64,000 nucleotides of DNA, from the NCBI GenBank assembly GCA_035286365.1, contig DATHJZ010000076.1, forward strand, positions 12,712-76,711, written 5' to 3'. Below the pieces are notes generated by a model. The model ran no database searches and was not told the origin of the DNA. It saw only the letters and a program-made list of their open reading frames with translations. This document shows, piece after piece, positions 57,187 through 64,000 of the stretch. The translations under genes and the position numbers were made by a program. Every line of letters starts with the position of its first letter. Positions within the stretch are counted from its first letter, which is position 1. The DNA is from Steroidobacteraceae bacterium (GTDB lineage Bacteria; Pseudomonadota; Gammaproteobacteria; Steroidobacterales; Steroidobacteraceae).

Positions 57187-58563
57187 CTATGGCGCTGTAA
57201 CCGTTCTGCCCGGTAGTTTGAGCTCGAAGCGCGCGCCGCCGAACGCCGAACTATCTATCCGCATCGTGCCGCCATACAGCGCGACCGTGTCGTGCACCAT
57301 CGAAAGCCCGAGACCGTGTCCCGGCGTTGCCTCGTCGATGCGCGCGCCGCGCTCGAGCACTCTGGCACGATCGGCCTCCGCGATGCCGGGCCCGTCATCC
57401 TCGATCACGACGATGAGGGCCGTGCGCGAAGTGGACCTCGGATCAATCTCGGCGGCGATCCGCACGCGCGACTTCGCCCACTTACAGGCGTTGTCGAGCA
57501 GGTTGCCGAGCAACTCGGTGAGGTCGTTGCGATCGCCGATGAACTGCGCGTCGGCCGCCGCCGCATTCTCGAACAGCAGGTCCTTGTTGCCGTAGACCTT
57601 GAGCAGCGCCACGCGCAGCTCCGTGACGATGGGCGCGAGATCCACCGGTGCCTGTCCTAACAACACGCCGCCGCTGGTCGCGGCGCGCTTCATCTGGTGT
57701 TCGATGATGCCGTTCATGCGCTCGATCTCGGCGTCGAGCGCCCGGCTGTTCGCGGGCTGGTCGGCGCCGAGCGACTGGCGCATGACGGCGAGCGGTGTTT
57801 TCAGGCTGTGCGCCAGATTGCCGAGCGTGTCGCGGTAGCGCCGGATGCGGGTGCGTTCGCCTTCCAGCAGCGCATTGAGATTTCCCGTGACCGCCGCGAG
57901 TTCGCTGGGCCACTCCTCGCCCAGCCGGTCGCGTGTGCCGGCTTCGACTTCCTTGATCTCGCGTTCGAGCCGGCGCATCGGCTGACCCAGCCAACGCAGC
58001 AGCAACGCGAGCGTCGCGACGAACAACAACGCGAGCCCCGCGAACCACCCGACCAGTTGCTGCCGGAAGCTCGCGACCTGATCCTCGTAAGCTTCGAGGC
58101 TCGATGCCACGCTGAACGTGAACCGCGCCGGTTGCCCATGCGGGTCGTCCCAGACGATGCCCCGGCTCGCCACCGCCAGCCGGATGTCAGTGCCGGCGAT
58201 TGCCGTATAGAAGAAGCTGCGTTGGCCGCCTTCGAGCGGCGGGCCGAATTGCACGGCCGTCCCGGTCGTCGATTGCGAGCGCCATACGCTTTCGCCACTC
58301 GCCGAGCGGATCTCGGCATACAAACCCGAGCCCGGCGTATCGAAACCCGTTTGGAGGACCGCTGTGAGTGTCACGGATTCCGGGCCGTCCGGATCGGCGG
58401 CCGCGATCAGCGCCACCATCTGCGCATCCATCAGCTCGCGCAGTGATCGTTCCGCGGCATGGCGAAACAGCACGTCGAGCAGGAAAACCGTGAGCCCGAA
58501 GAACACGACCAGCACGACGAACACCGACAGCATGAGCCGGCGTTTGAGCGAAGGACGGGACAC
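57187..58563 (-). CDS. Membrane sensor histidine kinase (PhoQ-like)
   Basis: Two TM segments flank a periplasmic domain, followed by a HAMP-like region. H-box NLAHSLKTPLAV, plus NLLDNACKWA, DDGPGI and GHGLGLSMV. Confidence 0.85.
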   Translation of the reverse strand: MSRPSLKRRLMLSVFVVLVVFFGLTVFLLDVLFRHAAERSLRELMDAQMVALIAAADPDGPESVTLTAVLQTGFDTPGSGLYAEIRSASGESVWRSQSTTGTAVQFGPPLEGGQRSFFYTAIAGTDIRLAVASRGIVWDDPHGQPARFTFSVASSLEAYEDQVASFRQQLVGWFAGLALLFVATLALLLRWLGQPMRRLEREIKEVEAGTRDRLGEEWPSELAAVTGNLNALLEGERTRIRRYRDTLGNLAHSLKTPLAVMRQSLGADQPANSRALDAEIERMNGIIEHQMKRAATSGGVLLGQAPVDLAPIVTELRVALLKVYGNKDLLFENAAAADAQFIGDRNDLTELLGNLLDNACKWAKSRVRIAAEIDPRSTSRTALIVVIEDDGPGIAEADRARVLERGARIDEATPGHGLGLSMVHDTVALYGGTMRIDSSAFGGARFELKLPGRTVTAP

Positions 58564-58584
58564 CCGGGGCGCTTCCGGGAAAAC

Positions 58585-59271
58585 TTAAGCGCCCTGGGTG
58601 CGCGCGATGGCGAAGCGGTAACCGCGTCCGCGCAGGGTTTCGATCGGGTGCAGCGTCTCGTCCGGATCGAGCTTGCGCCGCAGCCGGCCGATGAACACTT
58701 CGATGACGTTGCTGTCGCGTTCGTAGTCCTGGTCGTACAGCCGCTCGGTGAGCTCGGTTTTCGAGATCACGTCGCCGGCGCGCAGCATCATATGTTCGAG
58801 AATGCGGTATTCGAAAGTTGTCAGTTCGATCGGCGCCCCGGTGAGCGTAACCGTCTGCGCGCGGGTGTCGAGCCGGATCGGCCCGCACTCGAGAACCGGG
58901 CTCGCCCAGCCACCCGCCCGGCGCAGCAAAGCCTGCATGCGCGCCAGCACTTCTTCGAAGTGGTACGGCTTCGCAACGTAATCGTCGGCGCCCGCCTGCA
59001 GGCCCTCGACCTTGTCCTGCCAGCGATCGCGTGCGGTGAGGATCAGGATCGGAAACGTCTTGCCCTCGGCGCGCAATGCGCGGATCAGTTCCAGCCCGGA
59101 CATCTTCGGCAAGCCCAGGTCGACGACGGCAACGTCGAGCGGATATTCCTTGCCAGCGAAGAGACCCTCCTCGCCGTCGGCCGCAACGTCGACGGTAAAA
59201 CCTTGTTTGACGAGTTGTTCGCGCAGTCCCTCGCGCAGTGACGCCTCGTCCTCGACGACCAGTGCGCGCAT
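58585..59271 (-). CDS. OmpR/PhoB-family response regulator (PhoP-like)
   Basis: MRALVVEDE...DVAVVDLGLPKMSG...ADDYVAKP receiver domain followed by a winged-helix domain (IEVFIGRLRRKL...IETLRGRGYRF). Start set at the ATG at 59269-59271. Confidence 0.9.
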   Translation of the reverse strand: MRALVVEDEASLREGLREQLVKQGFTVDVAADGEEGLFAGKEYPLDVAVVDLGLPKMSGLELIRALRAEGKTFPILILTARDRWQDKVEGLQAGADDYVAKPYHFEEVLARMQALLRRAGGWASPVLECGPIRLDTRAQTVTLTGAPIELTTFEYRILEHMMLRAGDVISKTELTERLYDQDYERDSNVIEVFIGRLRRKLDPDETLHPIETLRGRGYRFAIARTQGA

Positions 59272-59275
59272 CGGG

Positions 59276-59593
59276 CTAACGCATCCGGCCGGAGTTGGCG
59301 TCGACGCGGACCGTGAAGACACGGCCGTTTTCCGACAGCAGCTTCAACACGTACACCTTGCGACCGTCTTCATCGACCACATCGGTACGCACCACGCGCG
59401 CGTGGTATTGCGCTTCGGCACGACTGACCGCCTGGTCGAGAGAGATCCCATCGCGCGGCGTAGCGATTGTCTCCCTGGCCTCGACGTTCGTTCCGGGATA
59501 TGCCGGGCCCGGCATGCTGTGAGCCTGGGTGTACGGCGCGAATGACGCGACGACTAACACGGCCGGCACCAGGCCCTTGCGGAGTTTCTTCAT
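59276..59593 (-). CDS. PepSY-domain exported protein
   Basis: Signal peptide MKKLRKGLVPAVLVVASFAPYTQA. ISLDQAVSRAEAQYHARVVRTDVV...VYVLKLLSENGRVFTVRVDANSG PepSY pattern. Lies immediately upstream of the PhoPQ-like pair. Confidence 0.7.
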   Translation of the reverse strand: MKKLRKGLVPAVLVVASFAPYTQAHSMPGPAYPGTNVEARETIATPRDGISLDQAVSRAEAQYHARVVRTDVVDEDGRKVYVLKLLSENGRVFTVRVDANSGRMR

Positions 59594-59688
59594 GGCGGGC
59601 CGAAGTTTAACGGTTTGCGCGTGAAAGGCGATGCGGGCGACAAAGGTCGCCCACATCGCCACGGCGAGCAGCTCCGTCACTACTGCCA

Positions 59689-60309
59689 TTACTGTGCCGG
59701 GCTCACATCGACTCGCACGCGGATCCGGTCGCCCGGGCGATACGGCAGCTCAGTGACCTGCCGACGACCCTGATACAGATAGGTCACGCGGTAGCCATCG
59801 GTGCGCTCCTGCCACTCGTCGTGGTAGCGCGTTTCGCAGCGCTGCACGCGGTACTCGCGCGGCGGCGCCGAGGGGTAGCCGGCGCGACGCTGCGCCTGGT
59901 TGTTGCCGATGCCCGCGCCGATGATGGCGCCCGCGGCGGTCGCGGCACGGCGTCCGTCGCCGTGGCCGATCTGGTTGCCGATGGCCGCGCCGATCACCGC
60001 GCCGAGCAAGGTACCGCCGGCGGTGCGCGAATCAGGACCGCGGTAGCCGCCCTGGTCGTAACGCGTTTCGTCCCAGCACTCCTGCTCGGGCGTGCTGACC
60101 CGCACTCGCGTCACCAGCGGCTGCACGTCGATCACCTTCGCGTAGTCGTACGCGCCGTCATCACGGTCGTCATAACGACTGTCGTAACGATTGTCGTAAC
60201 GCGGGTCGGGGCGATCGTCATAACGATCCTGGGCAAATGCACCGGCACTCGCGACCGTGAACGCCGCGGCAAGAACACCCACCAAAACCTTTTTGCTGCT
60301 GATCGACAT
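59689..60309 (-). CDS. Glycine-zipper (Rick_17kDa_Anti-like) exported protein
   Basis: Signal peptide, an RYDD-rich acidic repeat, then GGTLLGAVIGAAIGNQIG...AAGAIIGAGIGN glycine zipper. Confidence 0.7.
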   Translation of the reverse strand: MSISSKKVLVGVLAAAFTVASAGAFAQDRYDDRPDPRYDNRYDSRYDDRDDGAYDYAKVIDVQPLVTRVRVSTPEQECWDETRYDQGGYRGPDSRTAGGTLLGAVIGAAIGNQIGHGDGRRAATAAGAIIGAGIGNNQAQRRAGYPSAPPREYRVQRCETRYHDEWQERTDGYRVTYLYQGRRQVTELPYRPGDRIRVRVDVSPAQ

Positions 60310-60384
60310 ATAGCCTCCACCAGTGGAAATTCCACCGTGGCGCTACTGTACGAAGGCGTCGATGAATCCTTACTGAACGCGCAT

Positions 60385-61188
60385 TTACCTGGATTTTTCG
60401 GCCTTCTTGACCTCGTTCCACAGCGCGTCCCAGGCCGCGGCCTCGACGTTCTTGAGATCCAGCGAGCGGGCGGTCGCCAGCGCCTCCATGGCGCGGAAGC
60501 GTCGTTCGAACTTGGTATTGGCGAGACGCAGCGCCTCTTCCGCGTCCACGCGCAGGTGCCGCGCCCAATTCGCGACCGCGAACAGGAGATCGCCAAGTTC
60601 TTCGGGAGCCTGCTCGGGCGTGGCCTCGGCCACCTCGCGCAATTCCTCTTCGATCTTGTCACGCACGCCCGTGGCATCCGGCCAGTCGAAACCCACGCGG
60701 CCGGCGCGCTTGCCGAGCTTCGCGGCCCGCGACAGCGCGGGCAGCGCGAGCGGCACATCGGCCAATTCGCTGCCGGCAGCTTCGGGCCGCGCGGCGCGCT
60801 CGCGCGCCTTGTGTTCTTCCCAGGCGCGGTTCTGTTCGGCGGTGGACGCGATCTTTGCATCGCCAAACACGTGCGGATGCCGAAGGGTCAGTTTGTTGGA
60901 GATCGCATCGGCCACGCTCGCGAAGTCGAACCAGCCGCGCTCGGCACCGAGCTGCGCGAGGAACACCACCTGGAACAACAGGTCGCCGAGTTCCCCTTCG
61001 AGCGCTGCCGGACTGCCGCGCGCGATGGCCTCGGCCACTTCGTAGGCTTCTTCGATCGTGTATGGCGCGATGCTCTGAAAGTCCTGCTCGCGGTCCCAGG
61101 GGCAACCGCCGTTCGGATCACGCAGGCGACGCATGATGTCCAGCAGGCGAGCGAGCGAACGCGCTGCTGCAGCATTGCCGTCGCTCAC
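60385..61188 (-). CDS. mazG: Nucleoside triphosphate pyrophosphohydrolase MazG
   Basis: GCPWDREQDFQSIAPYTIEEAYEVAEAI and a second EELGDLLFAVANWARH repeat. GTG start overlaps the Nudix gene stop (GTGA). Confidence 0.9.
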   Translation of the reverse strand: MSDGNAAAARSLARLLDIMRRLRDPNGGCPWDREQDFQSIAPYTIEEAYEVAEAIARGSPAALEGELGDLLFQVVFLAQLGAERGWFDFASVADAISNKLTLRHPHVFGDAKIASTAEQNRAWEEHKARERAARPEAAGSELADVPLALPALSRAAKLGKRAGRVGFDWPDATGVRDKIEEELREVAEATPEQAPEELGDLLFAVANWARHLRVDAEEALRLANTKFERRFRAMEALATARSLDLKNVEAAAWDALWNEVKKAEKSR

Positions 61189-61826
61189 GTTATCTCCTGC
61201 ACCATGCGCACCAGCGTCATCAACATCCCCGCGGTCGCGCCCCAGATGCTGTGCCCCTGCCAGGGGATGTCGAACAACAGCATGTCCTCATCGCCGACGC
61301 GGCGCAGGCGTGCCTTGTGATTCCCGGAATCGAAAATGTGACTGACCGGAACCTCGAAGGCCTCGGCCACCTCGGCCGGATTCGGTTCGATCGAAAACGG
61401 CGGGGACACCAGCGCCAGCACCGGGGTCACCCGAAAACCGCTGATGACGAGGTGATCGGGTAGATAGCCGAAGACCCGCACGCGCGCCGGATCGAGCCCG
61501 ATCTCCTCCTGCGCCTCGCGCAGCGCGGCATGCGCCACGTCGGGATCCGACTCTTCCAGCCGCCCGCCGGGAAACGACACCTGCGCGGCGTGCTTGGCCA
61601 GTTGCGAAGCGCGCTGGGTCAGCAGCACGGTGAGGCCTTCGGGCCGATCGACCAGCGGGACCAGCACGGCTGCCGGAACGGGGTTGGCCGGAAAATGTCG
61701 CTGCAGCTCGCGACTGCGCTCAGCGTCGAATCCAAGCACGCGCCAGTCGGCGAGTTCGCGTCGTGGCTGAGTGCCCTCGAATCGCCGCAGAATCCTGGCG
61801 CGCAGGTCCGAATCCGCCTCGCTCAA
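61185..61826 (-). CDS. Nudix hydrolase, CoA pyrophosphatase type
   Basis: Nudix box FPGGRLEESDPDVAHAALREAQEEIGL. AAVLVPLVD...LLTQRAS is typical of NudL/YeaB. Proposed TTG start at 61824-61826 after GGAGG, overlapping the fumC stop (TTGA). The ORF-track start is an over-extension. Confidence 0.7.
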   Translation of the reverse strand: MSEADSDLRARILRRFEGTQPRRELADWRVLGFDAERSRELQRHFPANPVPAAVLVPLVDRPEGLTVLLTQRASQLAKHAAQVSFPGGRLEESDPDVAHAALREAQEEIGLDPARVRVFGYLPDHLVISGFRVTPVLALVSPPFSIEPNPAEVAEAFEVPVSHIFDSGNHKARLRRVGDEDMLLFDIPWQGHSIWGATAGMLMTLVRMVQEIT

Positions 61827-63229
61827 CCGCCGCCTCCACCGCCCTGCAATCCGCCGCGCGTGAGCGCCGCCGGATCGAGCAGGCGGCGCAATTCGACTTC
61901 CGTCAGGCCCGACATTTCCAGCGCGACGTCGAACACCGGACGATTCTCGGCGTACGCGCGCTTGGCAATCGCGGCCGCACGTTCGTACCCGATCACCGGG
62001 TTCAGCGCGGTGGCGAGAATGGGGTTGCGCGCGAGCGTAGCATCGAGGCGCGCGACATCGGGCTCGATGCCGGCAATACATTGCGTTGCCAGCGAGCGAG
62101 CGGCATTGGCCAGCAAGTGAATGGACTGCAGCAGGTTGTTGGCGATCAGCGGCAGCATCACGTTGAGCTGAAAATTCCCGGACTGCCCCGCGACCGCAAT
62201 GGCAGCGTCGAGCCCCAGGACCTGCACCGCGATCATGGCGACCGCTTCGGGGATCACCGGATTCACCTTGCCCGGCATGATGCTGCTGCCCGGCTGCAAT
62301 GCCGGCAGTTTCAGTTCGCCGAGGCCCGCCAGCGGCCCCGAGCCCATCCAGCGCAGATCGTTGACGATCTTCATGAGCGACACGGCGAGCGTGCGCAACT
62401 GCCCGGAATATTCGACCGCGGCGTCCTGCGTGGCCATCGCGGCAAAGAAATTCTCTGCCGTGGTGAACGGCACCCCAGTGAGGGCACGCAGTTCCTTGAT
62501 GAATCGCGCCGCGAATTCTTCATGCGCGTTGATGCCGGTGCCGATCGCCGTGCCGCCCTGCGCCAGCGCCAGCAGCCGCACCTCGCTGTCGCGCAGCCTT
62601 TCGATGCAGCGTTCGATCTGCGCGCGCCAGCCGGACGCTTCCTGTCCGAGCGTGAGCGGCGTGGCATCCATCAGGTGCGTGCGGCCGGTCTTGAGCACCT
62701 TCGCCCAGGCACTCTCCTTCGCGGCGAGACCAGCGCGCAATTCCTCGAGCGCCGGCAGCAATGCCTGGCGCGAAGCCAGCACGGCGCTCACATGAATGGC
62801 GCTCGGGATGCAGTCGTTGCTGCTCTGGCACATGTTGACGTGATCATTGGCATGGACCGGCTGGCCGAGCGCCCGGCTCGCCAAGGTGGCAATTACCTCG
62901 TTCGCGTTCATGTTCGAGCTGGTGCCGCTGCCGGTCTGGTACACGTCGAGTGGAAACTGCGCAGCATGTTCGCCCCGCGCGACCGCCAGCGCGGCGGTGG
63001 CAATGGCGGCGGCAACGTCGGCCGGCAGCAGGCCGAGCGCCGCATTGGCGCGCGCCGCGGCGGCCTTGATCAACGCCAGTGCCGCGATGAAATCCGCCGG
63101 CAATGGATGGCCGCTCAACTGAAAATTGCGGCGCGCGCGCTCGGTCTGCGCACCCCACATCGCGTCCGCGGCTACTTCGATCTCACCGAGGCTGTCGTGC
63201 TCTTTGCGGGTGTCGCCATGCGATATCAT
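61823..63229 (-). CDS. fumC: Class II fumarate hydratase
   Basis: EHDSLGEIEVAADAMWGAQT, GSSIMPGKVNP signature and SGNFQLNVM. Start at MISHGD (ATG at 63227-63229). It ends in an unusual GGLQGGGGGG tail. Confidence 0.93.
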   Translation of the reverse strand: MISHGDTRKEHDSLGEIEVAADAMWGAQTERARRNFQLSGHPLPADFIAALALIKAAAARANAALGLLPADVAAAIATAALAVARGEHAAQFPLDVYQTGSGTSSNMNANEVIATLASRALGQPVHANDHVNMCQSSNDCIPSAIHVSAVLASRQALLPALEELRAGLAAKESAWAKVLKTGRTHLMDATPLTLGQEASGWRAQIERCIERLRDSEVRLLALAQGGTAIGTGINAHEEFAARFIKELRALTGVPFTTAENFFAAMATQDAAVEYSGQLRTLAVSLMKIVNDLRWMGSGPLAGLGELKLPALQPGSSIMPGKVNPVIPEAVAMIAVQVLGLDAAIAVAGQSGNFQLNVMLPLIANNLLQSIHLLANAARSLATQCIAGIEPDVARLDATLARNPILATALNPVIGYERAAAIAKRAYAENRPVFDVALEMSGLTEVELRRLLDPAALTRGGLQGGGGGG

Positions 63230-63269
63230 GCGCGGCCAGTCTAGCACCCGACTCGAGGCATCTCTTTAC

Positions 63270-64000
63270 ATGGATCCGGCAGCACTCTCCGCGCTTTCTC
63301 CCATCGACGGTCGATATCGCAGGAGCGCGGACAGCCTGCGCGCGGTCTTGTCGGAAAGCGGCCTGATCCGCGAGCGCGTGTGCATCGAGGCGGCCTGGCT
63401 GCTGTCATTGGCCGAGTCCGTGCCGACCTTGCTGGCCCTGCCGCTGCCCGCGCCCGTGAAGCAGCTCGCTGCGAGCCTCGCGCTCGAGCCCGGCAGCGAC
63501 GCTGCCGCCGAGGTCAAAAGCATCGAAGCGCGCATCAACCACGATGTGAAGGCCGTGGAGTATTTCGTGCGCGGAAAGCTCGAGCAGGGCGGTGCCGCGC
63601 CCGCCGTGCTCGAGCTGGTGCACTTCGGCTGTACTTCCGAGGACATCAACAATCTGGCCTACGCGCGCATGCTGCGCTCGGCCCGCGCGCTGCTCTCGAA
63701 CGATCTCGAGAAGCTGATCGAGCGGCTGCGCGGCTTCGCGCACGAACATGCGGCCCTGCCGATGTTGTCGCGCACGCACGGACAGGCCGCGAGCCCGACC
63801 ACGCTCGGCAAGGAATTCGCCAACGTCGTTGCACGCCTGCGCCGCGCCCGTGCGCGGTTCGACCGGGTCGAGATCCTCGCCAAGTGGAACGGCGCCGTCG
63901 GCAACTACAACGCGCACGTCGCGGCGCTGCCCAACGTCGACTGGCCGGCGGTCAGCCGCCGGTTCGTCGAGTCGCAGGGGCTCGCGTGGAACGAATACTC
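63270..64000 (+). CDS. purB: Adenylosuccinate lyase, N-terminal part (runs off the window end)
   Basis: My own translation from the ATG at 63270 gives MDPAALSALSPIDGRYRRSADSLRAVLSESGLIRERVCIEAAWLLSLAE...HFGCTSEDINNLAY...TLGKEFANV. There is no stop inside the window, so it is absent from the ORF track. Confidence 0.85.
   Translation, partial: MDPAALSALSPIDGRYRRSADSLRAVLSESGLIRERVCIEAAWLLSLAESVPTLLALPLPAPVKQLAASLALEPGSDAAAEVKSIEARINHDVKAVEYFVRGKLEQGGAAPAVLELVHFGCTSEDINNLAYARMLRSARALLSNDLEKLIERLRGFAHEHAALPMLSRTHGQAASPTTLGKEFANVVARLRRARARFDRVEILAKWNGAVGNYNAHVAALPNVDWPAVSRRFVESQGLAWNEY

Noticed and set aside
61763-63244. A 493-aa plus-strand ORF.
   Set aside because: It is an antisense shadow of fumC, which carries the GSSIMPGKVNP signature on the minus strand.

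Overview
This is a chromosomal segment of roughly two-thirds G+C (judged by eye, not computed). It appears to come from a Gammaproteobacterium. The gene orders fabD-fabG-acpP-fabF-pabB-pabC-mltG-tmk-holB-pilZ and uvrC-pgsA-tRNA(Gly,Cys,Leu) suggest a Xanthomonadales/Pseudomonas-type backbone; that lineage call is inference. About 70 genes are tightly packed. Many have ATGA/GTGA/TTGA stop-start overlaps and GTG/TTG starts, so several ORF-track entries are N-terminally over-extended or chimeric. I re-set those starts by reading the sequence. All product names come from motif recognition by eye; no searches were run.

Contents in order:
- T2SS pseudopilin operon gspG-H-I-J-K-L (minus strand, runs off the left edge), with a rhombosortase gene divergent from gspG.
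- fab/pab/mltG/tmk/holB/pilZ housekeeping block.
- A 2x cNMP-binding plus rhodanese protein.
- A FadB/FadJ-type gene preceded by an EEP-family gene.
- An orphan TIR-like small protein.
- An S8 subtilase ending in a GlyGly-CTERM tail, which is a predicted rhombosortase/T2SS cargo.
- A DUF4398/OmpA lipoprotein pair.
- An accessory-looking, lower-GC patch (~22.9-29.3 kb). It holds a secreted 7x Cys-repeat protein translationally coupled to a sensor-less histidine kinase, a second soluble kinase, three paralogous Crp/Fnr-type regulators and no receiver domain.
- Gluconolactonase-like, ThuA-like, aldo/keto reductase, and a VOC protein with a histone-H1-like tail.
- An operon maoC / TLC-like transporter / MATE / fadB / fadA.
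- The complete ccmABCDEFGHI system.
- tRNA-Leu(UAA), tRNA-Cys and tRNA-Gly, then LOG, pgsA, uvrC, UDG, icd and class II DAHP synthase.
- A saccharopine dehydrogenase / ALDH7-like pair.
- A PhoPQ-like two-component module with PepSY and glycine-zipper proteins.
- mazG, a CoA-pyrophosphatase-like Nudix gene, fumC and the start of purB.

No CRISPR array, transposase, integrase or phage gene was seen.

Most interesting observations:
- The kinase / Cys-repeat / triple-Crp island, which has a conserved 27-bp box in both divergent kinase-Crp intergenic regions.
- The rhombosortase / T2SS / GlyGly-CTERM protease triad.
- Two strongly over-represented AT-rich DNA words (TTGTTAGG and CGGGTAGATAG) kept inside genes through rare codons and in more than one reading frame.
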